NCBI GenBank assembly: GCA_041687695.1
Contig: JAWLBL010000025.1
Span: 1-64,000, forward strand
Direction of reading: 5' to 3'
Length of the DNA: 64,000 bases
From: Myxococcota bacterium
GTDB taxonomy: Bacteria > Myxococcota_A > UBA9042 > PHBI01 > JAWLBL01
A program made the translations under genes and the position numbers. The notes below the pieces were generated by a model. That model was not told the DNA's origin. It saw nothing but the letters and a program-made list of their open reading frames with translations, and ran no database searches. Positions 43,262 to 55,698 of the stretch are shown here, in pieces (the stretch's first letter is position 1; every line of letters starts with the position of its first letter).

Positions 43262-43606
43262 TCAGGGCGCGTCGCCCGAGGCGTCGGGGCCGAGGTCGGC
43301 GTCGGCCTCGTCCAAGCCGTCGACGACCTCGACCACGTCCGCCGGCGGGCTGCCGTAGATGTCCATGGGCGGCGCCGGCATGCCATACAAGGGCGTGGCC
43401 GTCTCGCAAGCCGCGAGCGTCAGCCCCAGGGCCGAAGCAGCGAGGAGTCGGCGCACGGCGGCCACGCGCTTGGGCTCGCGGCACGAGGCGAGCGCCGCGC
43501 CGAGCGTGGCCTGACAGAACGGGCACACGCTGGCGGCGACGTCGCAGCCGACCTTCAGATGCGTGCCGCACGAGGGGCACGGGACCAGGCACGTCGACTC
43601 TGGCAT
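43262..43606 (-). CDS. Small lipoprotein with N-terminal Zn finger and two YGxP motifs
   Basis: CPSC..H..CPFC, RRLL plus hydrophobic stretch, LAAC, PLYGMP, DIYGSP. Confidence 0.75.
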   Translation of the reverse strand: MPESTCLVPCPSCGTHLKVGCDVAASVCPFCQATLGAALASCREPKRVAAVRRLLAASALGLTLAACETATPLYGMPAPPMDIYGSPPADVVEVVDGLDEADADLGPDASGDAP

Positions 43607-43620
43607 GGCTGCTTCCGCCG

Positions 43621-46600
43621 TCAGGGCAGACGCGCCTTGACCACCGTTCGGCGTGCCGAGACCACCTGCCGCAGAAATTCGCGGAAGGCAGGATAGTCCG
43701 CCGGCTCGACCCGGTCCACGTCGACCGTCAGGTGCTCGGTGACCCGGAACCCACCCTCGGCCGCCGTCACCGACATCTCGAAGCGGCCGAACGGCGAGGT
43801 GATGGCCACCGGCGAGGGCAGGGCGTCGAGGCTGGCGCCCTGGGGCAGCACGAAGGTCCGCTTGGACTCCTCTTGCCAGGGGTAGTCCAGCACCAGCGGC
43901 TGCTTTCGGGTGTCGAAGCCGCCGTAGCGCTCGAGCAGCGCGTGCGGGTCGATGGCCACGGGGACCTCGAGGGCGGCGTCGGCGACGCGGGCGAGGGCGG
44001 GCAGGCGCGCCTCGAGCGTGACGGTCACCGGGTCACCCAGGGCGTCCAAGCCGTCGAACTCGGCCTTGGCCAGGTTGGTGCCGGTGTGTTGGCGGGCCAG
44101 CATGCCGGCCAGGCGCTCGGTGCGGCGCGAGGCGTCGTGGAAGGCGCGCCGGATCTCGGGGGCCTGCGTGCCCCGGATGGTCTCGACGTGGCGCATCGTG
44201 GCGTCGCCGCGCGCGTCCACCGTCATCACGGAGTCCTCGACGACCCGGTTGTGCGCCGCGGTCGACACGGGCAGCCGCCCCAGCCGCGGCGGGCGCAGCT
44301 CGCCCTGGCCGAGCAGATCGATGTGCAGGATCATCGCGCCCTGGTCCATCTTCGGCACCTCGCCGACGCCGGCGAACTCGCTGGTGCCGTCGATGTAGAC
44401 GTCCAGCTCGGGCACGTAGGCGATGGCGTGGTTGAAGGCCCACAGCGTCGCGGGCTTGCCCTCGAGCCGCCCGGCGTCGCGCGTGCGCACCAGCACGAAC
44501 TCGGCGTCGACCCCGACCTCCTCGAGCAGCGCCACCAGCAGCGACGCCTTGTCCTTGCAGTCGCCGTAGCCGCGGCCGACCACCTGCGTCACCCGGTAGG
44601 GCTTGAAGCCGTGGATGCCGAACTCGATGCCGACGTAGCGGGTGTTGCGGACGACCCACTCCTGGATGGCCCGGACGCGCGCCTCGGTCGTCGTCGTGCC
44701 CTCGACCAGCTCGCGCGCCAGGCGCTGCAGCTCGGGCGACAGCGCCAGCTGCGGGCGGATGAGCTCGCGGTACCAGGCCGCCAGCGCGTCCCAGCTCTCG
44801 TAGGTGGACACGTTCGCGTAGGCGCCGATGTCTCCGTAGCCGGGCATGCGCGGCTCGACGGCCAGCGCCGCCATCGGCTGCGCCCGCCAAGAGAGCGTCT
44901 GCCGGCCGTCCGCCTCGACGCGCTCGGGCGCGGGCAGCCCCACCTGGTGCGCGTACAGCGCGCGGCCGGCCGGCGCGTCGACCACGGCCTCGACGCGCGC
45001 CTTGGGGAACGCGCCCTGCACGGGGAAGACGACCCCGAAGAACTGCCCGAAGAGGTTGCGCTCGCCAATCTCGTCGGTCCGCACCTGCAGGTGGACGACG
45101 TCGCCGTCCTCGAGCTCCTCGAACTGCACGACCTTGTAGGCCTGCAGCGTGTACACGCCCTGCTGCTTGCCGCTGGGCCGGTGATCGAACACGCCGCGCG
45201 GCCGCAGCCGCTGTCCGTCGCGCCGGATGACCTCGGCCTCGACCACCTCGACCCGGTCCTCGCCGGGGGTGAAGGCGAAGGCCATCTCTTCGAAGCGGTC
45301 GTCGACCTGCTGCCCGTCGATGCGCACGATCTGCTGCTGAAAGCGCGTCGACAGCCCGCTCGGCAGGACGCGCACCACGGTCTTGTCCAGCAGGTAGGTC
45401 GCGCCCTCGGGGGCCCTGGGCACGTCGTCGGCGTCGGCGAGCAGCTCGTCGACGTCCTCGGCGAAGGCGTCGGCGATCGAGCCCTCTTCGATGAGGGCGC
45501 GCCGGTAGTCGGCCAGCTGGCGGTGCTGCGGCTTGAGCTCGAGGGCCCGGTCGAAGTCGGCGATGGCGCCGGCGCGGTCGCCCGCGACCAGGGCGATGCG
45601 CCCGCGCGCCTCGAAGAGATCGGCGCTGGTCGGGTGCACCGCCAGCGCCTCGCTGAGCGCCGCCAGGGCGGCGTCCGGGCGGCTGGCCGAGGTGGCCAGC
45701 GTGCGGGCCTGAAGGATGCGCAGGGACACCGCGTAGGGGCGGCGCGCGATGGCGTCTCGGGTCCAGCCGAGCGCGGCCTCGACCATCCCGGCGCGCGACG
45801 CGGCCTGCACCGCCTTGTGCGTGGCCTCGCCGTGGCCGCCCAGCAGCCGGCTGGCGCGCGCCCACGCCTCGGCGGCCTCGGGGGCGGCGCCGCCCTCGTC
45901 GAGCAGGCCGGCCCAGGTGGCCGCCAGCAGCGGCTCGTCCTTGGGCCAGCTCATCCGCTGCATCGCCGCGCGCGCCGTCGTCGCGTCACCCAGCTGCGCC
46001 GTCCGCCAGACCTGATGCAGCAGCCCAGCCGGGTGCGCGGGGTCGACCGCCTGCAGCTTGCGGAACAGCTCGTCCGCGCTGGCGAGCAGGTCGGCCCGCC
46101 GGTGCGCGGCCAGCAGCTCGGCCAACGCGGCTGCGTGGCGTCCATTCGACAGCTCGACGGCGCGCTCGAAGGCGGCGCGCTGCCGGTTCGGGTCCGAGCG
46201 CTCGGCCCGCCCGAGCAGGTAGTGCAGCTCGGCGTCCTGCGGAGCCCGCGCGATGGCCTGCTCCAGCAGCCGCGCGGCGACCCGGCGCTCGGGCGGCTCG
46301 GCGTCGACGCTGAGCGCCATGCGCCCGGCCAGGGCCGGGTCGACGCCCTCGAAGGCGCCGAGCGGGGCGGGCAGCTTCTTGCTGGGCGCAAAGCCGGCCA
46401 ACGCCTCGCCGGGCGCCGGCGTCCGCACGGTCACGCCCTGCGGCAGCCGCCCGCGGGCGTCGACGACCCGCGCGATGAGCTCCGGCGCCTCGCTGCGATG
46501 ACCGGCCCGCACGACCAGCCGGTGCGCGCCCGCCTCGAGCCGCACCGGGAACGCGTGCTGCCAGTCCGTGACCTCTCGCTCGCCGTCCCAGTCGACCAGC

Positions 46601-47259
46601 GGCTGCCCGTCGAGCCACACGGCGACCGGGCCGCTGCTGCCGACGACGACCATCGCGTCGGTCGGCTTGGCGGCGTCCAGCCCGAAGACCAGCAGCGCGT
46701 GCGCGTCGCCTTCGGTGTCCAGGAGATCGGCCAGCTGCAACGTCCCGTGCAGCGCCGCGTCGGCGAACCTCCGCCAGCCCACCTGACCGCGCTGTCCCGG
46801 CACCAGCGCCGTCAGCTCCAGCGCGTCGGCCGCCTGCGCGTCGGTCGCCGTCCCCGGGCCGGCCAGCGGCCCCAGGACCAGGCCGCTGCCCAGGATGCCC
46901 GCCTGGGCCAGCAGCCCTCGGGTCGCCTCCGGGTCCTCGGCCTGCGACAGGTGCCCGACCGTGCCCAGCGCCTCGCCCTGCAGGTAGGCGACACGCGAGC
47001 GCTCGGCCAGCCCGCGCGCCAGCGGCAGCAGCCGCTCGATCCCGCCCGCGAGGCTCGGCGCCAGGCGCTGCGCCTCGGTCAGGTGCCAGTGCGCCGTCAG
47101 CCCGCGCGCCGCCGGCAGCGCCTTCAGGTGCGCCGCGAAGCGCTCCTCGAGGGTCTCCGCGCGCGCGCCGCCCGGCGCGGCCAGGCTGGCGGCGGCCGCG
47201 ATCCCGACCAGCAGCGCCGCGAGGGCGACGCGCGGCCCCGTCCGGGCGACCGACCTCAT
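43621..47259 (-). CDS. Secreted TPR plus DUF3857-like plus transglutaminase-like protein
   Basis: Signal peptide ending ARA; TPR helices; RYVGIEFG, GDCKDKA, FNHAI, YIDGT triad; TGATG overlap with glyA. Confidence 0.85.
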   Translation of the reverse strand: MRSVARTGPRVALAALLVGIAAAASLAAPGGARAETLEERFAAHLKALPAARGLTAHWHLTEAQRLAPSLAGGIERLLPLARGLAERSRVAYLQGEALGTVGHLSQAEDPEATRGLLAQAGILGSGLVLGPLAGPGTATDAQAADALELTALVPGQRGQVGWRRFADAALHGTLQLADLLDTEGDAHALLVFGLDAAKPTDAMVVVGSSGPVAVWLDGQPLVDWDGEREVTDWQHAFPVRLEAGAHRLVVRAGHRSEAPELIARVVDARGRLPQGVTVRTPAPGEALAGFAPSKKLPAPLGAFEGVDPALAGRMALSVDAEPPERRVAARLLEQAIARAPQDAELHYLLGRAERSDPNRQRAAFERAVELSNGRHAAALAELLAAHRRADLLASADELFRKLQAVDPAHPAGLLHQVWRTAQLGDATTARAAMQRMSWPKDEPLLAATWAGLLDEGGAAPEAAEAWARASRLLGGHGEATHKAVQAASRAGMVEAALGWTRDAIARRPYAVSLRILQARTLATSASRPDAALAALSEALAVHPTSADLFEARGRIALVAGDRAGAIADFDRALELKPQHRQLADYRRALIEEGSIADAFAEDVDELLADADDVPRAPEGATYLLDKTVVRVLPSGLSTRFQQQIVRIDGQQVDDRFEEMAFAFTPGEDRVEVVEAEVIRRDGQRLRPRGVFDHRPSGKQQGVYTLQAYKVVQFEELEDGDVVHLQVRTDEIGERNLFGQFFGVVFPVQGAFPKARVEAVVDAPAGRALYAHQVGLPAPERVEADGRQTLSWRAQPMAALAVEPRMPGYGDIGAYANVSTYESWDALAAWYRELIRPQLALSPELQRLARELVEGTTTTEARVRAIQEWVVRNTRYVGIEFGIHGFKPYRVTQVVGRGYGDCKDKASLLVALLEEVGVDAEFVLVRTRDAGRLEGKPATLWAFNHAIAYVPELDVYIDGTSEFAGVGEVPKMDQGAMILHIDLLGQGELRPPRLGRLPVSTAAHNRVVEDSVMTVDARGDATMRHVETIRGTQAPEIRRAFHDASRRTERLAGMLARQHTGTNLAKAEFDGLDALGDPVTVTLEARLPALARVADAALEVPVAIDPHALLERYGGFDTRKQPLVLDYPWQEESKRTFVLPQGASLDALPSPVAITSPFGRFEMSVTAAEGGFRVTEHLTVDVDRVEPADYPAFREFLRQVVSARRTVVKARLP

Positions 47260-48511
47260 CAGGCGTCCACGCCGGGCGCCGGGAAGCCGCGCACGAGATC
47301 CCGGATCTCGCCGGCGATGCGCTCCTGCTCGGCGGCGTCGTCGATGCGGGCGGCCACGCGGCTCATCCAGCCGGCGATCTGGCGCATCTGCGGCTCGGTC
47401 ATCCCGCGGCTGGTCACCGCCGGCGTGCCCAGGCGCAGGCCGCTGGGGTCCATGGGCGGGCGCGGATCGAAGGGGACCGAGTTGTAGTTGGCGACCAGCC
47501 CCGCCCGGGCGAGCGCCTCGGCGAAGGGCTTGCCGGCGATCCCGCGCGGCGTCACGTCGATGAGCACCAGGTGGTTGTCGGTGCCGCCGGTGACGACCGA
47601 GAAGCCCTCTTCGACCAGCGCGCCGGCCAGCGCGCGCGCGTTGGCGACGACCTGGCGGGCGTAGGCCTTGAAGGCGTCGGTCGAGGCCTCGCGCAAGGCG
47701 ACGGCGATGGCGGCCGTCGTGTGGTTGTGCGGGCCGCCCTGAAGGCCGGGGAAGACGGCGCGGTCGATCTTCTTGGCGACGCCCTCGCGGCACAGCAGCA
47801 TGCCGCCGCGGGGGCCCCGCAGGGTCTTGTGCGTGGTGGTCGAGACGACGTCGGCGACCGGCACGGGGCTCGGGTGCGCGCCGCCGGCGACCAGGCCCGC
47901 GATGTGCGCCATGTCGGCCAGGAGGAAGGCGCCGACCTCGTCGGCGATGTCCCGGAAGCGCTGGAAGTCGATGGTGCGCGGGTAGGCCGTCGCGCCGCAC
48001 ACGACGATCTTCGGGCGGTGCTCCTTGGCGAGGCGCAGGGCCTCGTCGTAGTCGATGAGGTGGTCCTCTCGGCGCACGCCGTATTGCACCGCGTGCCAGA
48101 ACTTGCCCGTCGCCGAGACGTTCCAGCCGTGGGTCAGGTGGCCGCCGGCCGGCAACGCCATGCCCAGGATGGTCTGGCCCGGCTTGAGCAGCGCCGTGTA
48201 GACCGCCAGGTTGGCCGGGCTGCCCGAGTACGGCTGCACGTTCGCGTGGTCGGCCCCGAACAGCGCCTTGGCGCGGTCGATGGCGATCTGTTCGACGCGG
48301 TCGATGTTCTGCTGACCCTCGTAGTACCGGCGGCCGACGTAGCCCTCGGAGTACTTGTTGGTCAGGACCGACCCGGTCGCCTCGAGGACCGCCCGGCTGG
48401 CGTAGTTCTCGCTGGCGATGAGGCGGATGGCGTGCCGCTGGCGCTCGATCTCGGCGTCGATGAGCCCGGCGATCTCGGGATCGGCGGCGGAAAGGCTGGG
48501 GTGCTGGTCGG

Positions 48512-48515
<4 letters not shown>
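47259..48515 (-). CDS. glyA: Serine hydroxymethyltransferase
   Basis: LIASEN, NKYSEGY, GGHLTHG, DMAHIAG, TTTHKTLRGPRGG, FPGLQGGP. Confidence 0.97.
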
Positions 48516-51006
<2,491 letters not shown>

Positions 51007-51063
51007 TCACGCCGCGTCGGCGGAGTGAAGCGCGGGCCGCGTGAGCCGAGGGTGGACGCGGCG

Positions 51064-52005
51064 TCAGCGCACGCGCTCGTGGTAGCCGTAGACCCACAGC
51101 GGCACGTCGTCGGGTCGCAACGTGACGCGCGTCCCGAACGGGACCGGGTAGCTGAGGCCGGCGCCGTCGAGGAAGATGGCGTTGCTCGGGCTGCGTGAAA
51201 GCAGCTCGATGGACCGCCGCGCGTAGCCGTGTCGGCATGACAGGCGCATGCCCGGGCGCTCGTAGGGCTCGCGCACCAGGAACTGCATGCGGTGATCGCT
51301 GGCGACCATGCGCTCGCCGCCGGCGGAGTAGATGGCCCCGGTCGAGCCAGAAGGCGTGGCGACCCAGACGCCCGAGGAGACCTGCAGCTCCTTGTAGGGG
51401 CCGCTGTCGTCGTCGCCGCCCTCGCCGACGGTGATGAGGTAGCGCGAGCTGGCCGCCGGCGAGCGGTGACAGAAGAGGACCTCGTTGAGCGCCGGGTAGG
51501 GCACGCGCTCGCCGCCGATCTCGGCCGCGATGCGCATGAGGGCGGTCGGGGCGAGGTCGCCCGAGCGGATCGCGTCCAGGAGCTGCGCGAAGGTCTCGCG
51601 CGTGGCCGCGCAGTAGTGGCCCGTGCTGGTCATCGGCGCCGAGTTGACGCCCAGCATCGGCGTGCGCTCGACCTTGTTGGCGCACCACAGGAAGGTGCCG
51701 TCGCCGCCGACGCTGATGACGAGATCGGCGCGGACGGCGTCACGCTTTCGCGGCTGGGCGGCGCGGATGACGTCGAGGCCGCTGCGCTCGAGCTCGGCCT
51801 CGATCTCGGTCACCGAGGCGATGTGCTCTTCGTGGGCCATGTCGAGGCGCGCGAAGACCGCGGCGGTGTCCTCGTCGATCGCCGCGCCGGGTCGGTGCAG
51901 CGAGCCGCGGTCGACGTAGCGCTCGAGCTTCGAGGCCTTGAAGATGACCAGCACGCGGCGAATCGACGCGGCCTTCGGGGCGGAGGTGGCGTCCGTAGAG
52001 CCCAT
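51064..52005 (-). CDS. NAD(+)/NADH kinase
   Basis: GGDGTFL, GVN, LNE, ATPSGSTG..YSAGG. Confidence 0.9.
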   Translation of the reverse strand: MGSTDATSAPKAASIRRVLVIFKASKLERYVDRGSLHRPGAAIDEDTAAVFARLDMAHEEHIASVTEIEAELERSGLDVIRAAQPRKRDAVRADLVISVGGDGTFLWCANKVERTPMLGVNSAPMTSTGHYCAATRETFAQLLDAIRSGDLAPTALMRIAAEIGGERVPYPALNEVLFCHRSPAASSRYLITVGEGGDDDSGPYKELQVSSGVWVATPSGSTGAIYSAGGERMVASDHRMQFLVREPYERPGMRLSCRHGYARRSIELLSRSPSNAIFLDGAGLSYPVPFGTRVTLRPDDVPLWVYGYHERVR

Positions 52006-52063
52006 AGGGCGCCGAACTAATCACCACGCTCGTCAGCGCGCAACCGTTGAGGTACGAGGGGCC

Positions 52064-53305
52064 ATGCCCGAGACCCTCGAAGGCCTGCTCATCCAGCGCT
52101 GGGCGCACGGCGGCGACGCGGTCGGCGTGCCCGAGCGAGGGCCGCTGGCCGGCGCCATCGTCTTCGTCCCGGGCGCCGTCCCCGGCGACCGCGTCACGGC
52201 GCGTGTCGTGCAGCGCAAGAGGCGCTGGGCGCGGGCCGAGATCCTGAAGATCGAGGCGCCCAGCCCGCACCGCGTCACGCCGGCCTGCCCATTGCAGGCC
52301 GCCTGCGGCGGGTGCCCGTGGATGGCCGGCGACCACGTGGCGCAGGCGGCCTCGCGGCTGGCCATCCTGCGCGGAGAGGCCCGAAAGCGCCTGGGCTGGA
52401 CCGACGAGCGGGTCGCCGAGCGGGTCGCGCTGGCCGGGGCGCCGGCTCCCAGCCTCGGCTACGGCGTGGGCTACCGCGTCCGGCTTCGCATGGCCTACCG
52501 CGTCGCCGGCGACGGGCGGGTCACCCTTGGGTTCCGGTCGGCCGGCACCCAGCGGCTGGTCGACGTGCCCGAGTGCGTCGTGGCCGCGCCGGCCTTGAAC
52601 GCGGCCCTTCCCGAAGCGCGTCGCCAGCTTGCCGCGCGCGGGCCCGGCGAGGGCGAGCTGCAGCTGTTGGCCGGCCGCGAAGGCGTGGCTGGCCTGGTCA
52701 AGCCCGCGTTCGGATCGTCGTGGGGCTTCGGGCCCGAGCGCGTGACGGTCGTCCAGGGCGCGCTGGAGCTCGAGGCCGCGCCCGACGCCTTCGTGCAAGC
52801 CAACCCGGAGGTGGTCGCGGCCATGACGCGCCGCGTCCGCGAGCTGGCGGCCGGCGTCATGCCGCCGGGCGGCCACGCGGTCGAGCTGTTCGCCGGCTCG
52901 GGCACCTTCACCGTGCCGCTGCTCGAGGCCGGCTACCGCGTGACGGCCTACGAGGTCGCGCCCGACGCCCGCGCCGCCTTCGAGCGCGTGACCGCCGGGC
53001 GGGGCGAGGCCACCTGGCAGCGCTGCGACCTGTTCGCGACCGGCGTGCCGACGCCGGCCCCCGCGGCCCCCGACCTGGTCCTGCTGGACCCGCCGCGCGT
53101 CGGCGCCGCCGAGGTGATGCCCTGGGTGCGCTCGTCCGGGGCACGGGCCGTGGTGCTGGTCAGCTGCGACGTGGCGACGGGTTTTCGCGACCTGGCGCAG
53201 CTGGTCGAGGCGGGCTGGGACGTGGCCGAGGTGACCGGCTACGACATGTTCCCGCACACCGGCCACCAGGAGATGCTGAGCCTGGTGGTGCCGCCGCGCG
53301 GCTGA
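52064..53305 (+). CDS. RNA (uracil-C5)-methyltransferase, RlmD/TrmA family
   Basis: TRAM-like N-terminus, C..CGGC, FVQAN, ELFAGSG, DPPR, VSCD, DMFPHT.H.E. Confidence 0.9.
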   Translation: MPETLEGLLIQRWAHGGDAVGVPERGPLAGAIVFVPGAVPGDRVTARVVQRKRRWARAEILKIEAPSPHRVTPACPLQAACGGCPWMAGDHVAQAASRLAILRGEARKRLGWTDERVAERVALAGAPAPSLGYGVGYRVRLRMAYRVAGDGRVTLGFRSAGTQRLVDVPECVVAAPALNAALPEARRQLAARGPGEGELQLLAGREGVAGLVKPAFGSSWGFGPERVTVVQGALELEAAPDAFVQANPEVVAAMTRRVRELAAGVMPPGGHAVELFAGSGTFTVPLLEAGYRVTAYEVAPDARAAFERVTAGRGEATWQRCDLFATGVPTPAPAAPDLVLLDPPRVGAAEVMPWVRSSGARAVVLVSCDVATGFRDLAQLVEAGWDVAEVTGYDMFPHTGHQEMLSLVVPPRG

Positions 53306-53340
53306 CCCTCACGTCCTCGACGCGGCGACCCGGGGGACGC

Positions 53341-53814
53341 TCAGAGCGAGCACATCTTGATGCGCCACTCGTCGTTGTTGTTGGCGTCGCGCTTGACGCC
53401 GCAGGGCGTGGGTACGTCGGACTTCGAGTTGATGACGAAGACCTTGTACATGCCGTCGGCCGTCTCCTCGTAGTACTGCATCTTGTAGACGGGCTTGGAC
53501 GGGTCCTCGAGGAACAGCGGCACCTTGCGGCGGAAGGTCGCGAAGTTCATCTGCCGCCAGTTCTTCTCGCTGGCTGGGCTCTCGAGCTCGGAGCTGTGCA
53601 GCAGCGACCGGAAGTGCTTCCAGCCCTCGGCCTCGTCCTTGGTCATCGCGGCCTTGATGGCCTCCTGGACGATGGCCTCGGGCGTGCCGGCCTCGGGGTT
53701 CTCGATGGTCTTGGGCGGCAGCAGCCGCTGGACCTTCTTGCAGCCCGGCGCGGACGCGACGAAGGCGAGGGCGAGGAAGACCAGGAACAGCGTGGACAGG
53801 CGGCGCAGCATCAT
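53341..53814 (-). CDS. Hypothetical lipoprotein
   Basis: Signal peptide ending APGC; GAGG RBS; typical codon usage. Confidence 0.8.
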   Translation of the reverse strand: MMLRRLSTLFLVFLALAFVASAPGCKKVQRLLPPKTIENPEAGTPEAIVQEAIKAAMTKDEAEGWKHFRSLLHSSELESPASEKNWRQMNFATFRRKVPLFLEDPSKPVYKMQYYEETADGMYKVFVINSKSDVPTPCGVKRDANNNDEWRIKMCSL

Positions 53815-53913
53815 CGGACAGCCTCGTGGACGAAAACCGGGCCGCACCTTAGCCCGCCTCGGACGCGCGGGGCAACCCTGGCGCGCCCGGTTGGACGGCC
53901 GCTCGGGACCCGC

Positions 53914-55260
53914 TCAGCGAAAGCGGGCGAGCGCGGCCGTGAGGGCGTCGATCTCGGCGAGCTTGGTCGTCTCGGTCGCCGTGACCAGCAGCGCGTCCCG
54001 GTAGCGGTCGTCCCAGCGGCCGAGAGCCACGCCGGGCGCGATGCCCTCGGCGGCCAGGGCGGCGACGATGTCGGCGGCCGGCGCGGGCGTGCGGACCACG
54101 AACTCGTTGAAGGTCGGCGCGTCGAAGGCCAGCGCGTAGCCGGGCAGGGCGCAGATGGCCTGCTTGGTCCGCTCGGCGAGCAGGTGCGAGGCGCGCGCGA
54201 CCTTCTCGAGGCCGGTCGGCCCGAGCAGGGTCATGTAGATGGTCGCGGCGGTCGCCATCAGGCCCTGATTCGTGCAGATGTTCGACGTCGCCCGCTCGCG
54301 GCGGATGTGCTGCTCGCGCGTCGACAGGGTCAGGACGAACCCGCGGTTGCCGCGGGCGTCGACCGTCTCGCCCGCGATGCGCCCCGGCATCTGGCGGACG
54401 TGCTTGTCGCGCGCCGCGAACAGGCCCAGGTGCGGCCCGCCGAAGGACGGCGCGACCCCCAGGCTCTGGCCTTCACCGGCGACGATGTCCGCGCCCAGCG
54501 CGCCGGGCGGGGTCAGCAGGCCAAAGGCGATGGCCTCGGAGAAGCCGCTGACCAGCAGCGCCCCGTGGGCGTGGCACAGGTCGGCGGCCGCCTGCACGTC
54601 GTCGAGGGTGCCGAAGAAGGTCGGATACCCGACGACCAGGCACGCCACGTCCGAGCCCAGGCGCGCCTCGGCGGCGGCGAGATCCGTCACGCCGCGCGCC
54701 GTGACCGGGATGGTCTCGAGCTTCAGCCCGGCGGCCTCGCAGGTCACCGACATGACCTGCCGGTACTCGGGATGCAGCGCCTCGGTGACCAGCACCCGGT
54801 CGCGCTTGGTGACGCGCGCCGCCATCAGCGCCGCCTCGCTGACGGCGGTCGAGCCGTCGTACATGGACGCGTTCACGACGTCCATGGCGAGCAGCTCGGA
54901 GATCATCGTCTGGAACTCGAAGATGATCTGCAGCGTGCCCTGCGCGACCTCGGGCTGGTACGGCGTGTAGGCCGTGTACAGCTCGCCGCGCAGCAGCATG
55001 TGGTTGACGGCGCGCGGGACGTAGTGGCGGTACACGCCCGCGCCCAGGAACGAGACGACGGCGTCCCCCGCCCGGTTCTGCTCGGCCAGCGCCGCCATGT
55101 GGGCGAACAGATCCGGCTCGGGCATGGCCGACGGCACCTCGAGCGCCCGCCCGAGCTGCAGCTCGGCCGGGATGTCCGCGAAGAGGTCGTCGACGGACGC
55201 GACCCCGATGGCGCGGAGCATGTGCTGGCGGTCGGCTTCGGTGTGGGGGATGTACCGCAT
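53914..55260 (-). CDS. gcvPA: Glycine dehydrogenase (decarboxylating) subunit 1
   Basis: MRYIPHT, FLGAGVY, YTAYTPYQPEVAQG, NASMYDG, REQHIRRERATSNICTNQ; 448 aa. Confidence 0.96.
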   Translation of the reverse strand: MRYIPHTEADRQHMLRAIGVASVDDLFADIPAELQLGRALEVPSAMPEPDLFAHMAALAEQNRAGDAVVSFLGAGVYRHYVPRAVNHMLLRGELYTAYTPYQPEVAQGTLQIIFEFQTMISELLAMDVVNASMYDGSTAVSEAALMAARVTKRDRVLVTEALHPEYRQVMSVTCEAAGLKLETIPVTARGVTDLAAAEARLGSDVACLVVGYPTFFGTLDDVQAAADLCHAHGALLVSGFSEAIAFGLLTPPGALGADIVAGEGQSLGVAPSFGGPHLGLFAARDKHVRQMPGRIAGETVDARGNRGFVLTLSTREQHIRRERATSNICTNQGLMATAATIYMTLLGPTGLEKVARASHLLAERTKQAICALPGYALAFDAPTFNEFVVRTPAPAADIVAALAAEGIAPGVALGRWDDRYRDALLVTATETTKLAEIDALTAALARFR

Positions 55261-55266
55261 CGTGGG

Positions 55267-55671
55267 TCAGTCCTCGTCGAGGCTGTTCAGGAAGGCCTCG
55301 TACTCGCGCGCGTCCATCAGGTCGTCGAGCTCCGACTTGTCCGCGAGCTCGACCTTGAACAGCCAACCCTCGTCGTAACAATCCTCGTTCACGAGCTCGG
55401 GCGAGTCGGTCAGGGCCTCGTTGACCTCGACGACCTTGCCGGTGACGGGCGCGAACAGATCCGAGACGCTCTTGGGCGACTCGACCGTGCCGCAGGTCTC
55501 GTCCTGCTCGATCTTGTCGCCGACCGTGGGCAGCTCGACCATCACGATGTCGCCCAGCTTGTCCTGCGCGTAGTCGGTGATGCCGACGATGACGACGTTC
55601 GGGTGGTCCTCGTCGACGAGGGCCCACTCGTGCTCGCGCGTGTAGCGCCGGTCCTTCTCGATCTGCGACAT
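55267..55671 (-). CDS. gcvH: Glycine cleavage system H protein
   Basis: YTREHEW, GITDYAQDKLGDIV, VESPKS lipoyl Lys, PELVNED.Y..GW. Confidence 0.96.
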   Translation of the reverse strand: MSQIEKDRRYTREHEWALVDEDHPNVVIVGITDYAQDKLGDIVMVELPTVGDKIEQDETCGTVESPKSVSDLFAPVTGKVVEVNEALTDSPELVNEDCYDEGWLFKVELADKSELDDLMDAREYEAFLNSLDED

Positions 55672-55698
55672 GGGGAACTCCGGGGTGGCGGTAGGTGG

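Noticed and set aside
55261..55269. In-frame TGA between gcvH and gcvPA (also tetR to OMF) as Sec readthrough
   Set aside because: Both proteins are complete at normal length, the TGA is not at a Cys-homologous site and no convincing bSECIS hairpin follows; in-frame spacing has a one-in-three chance
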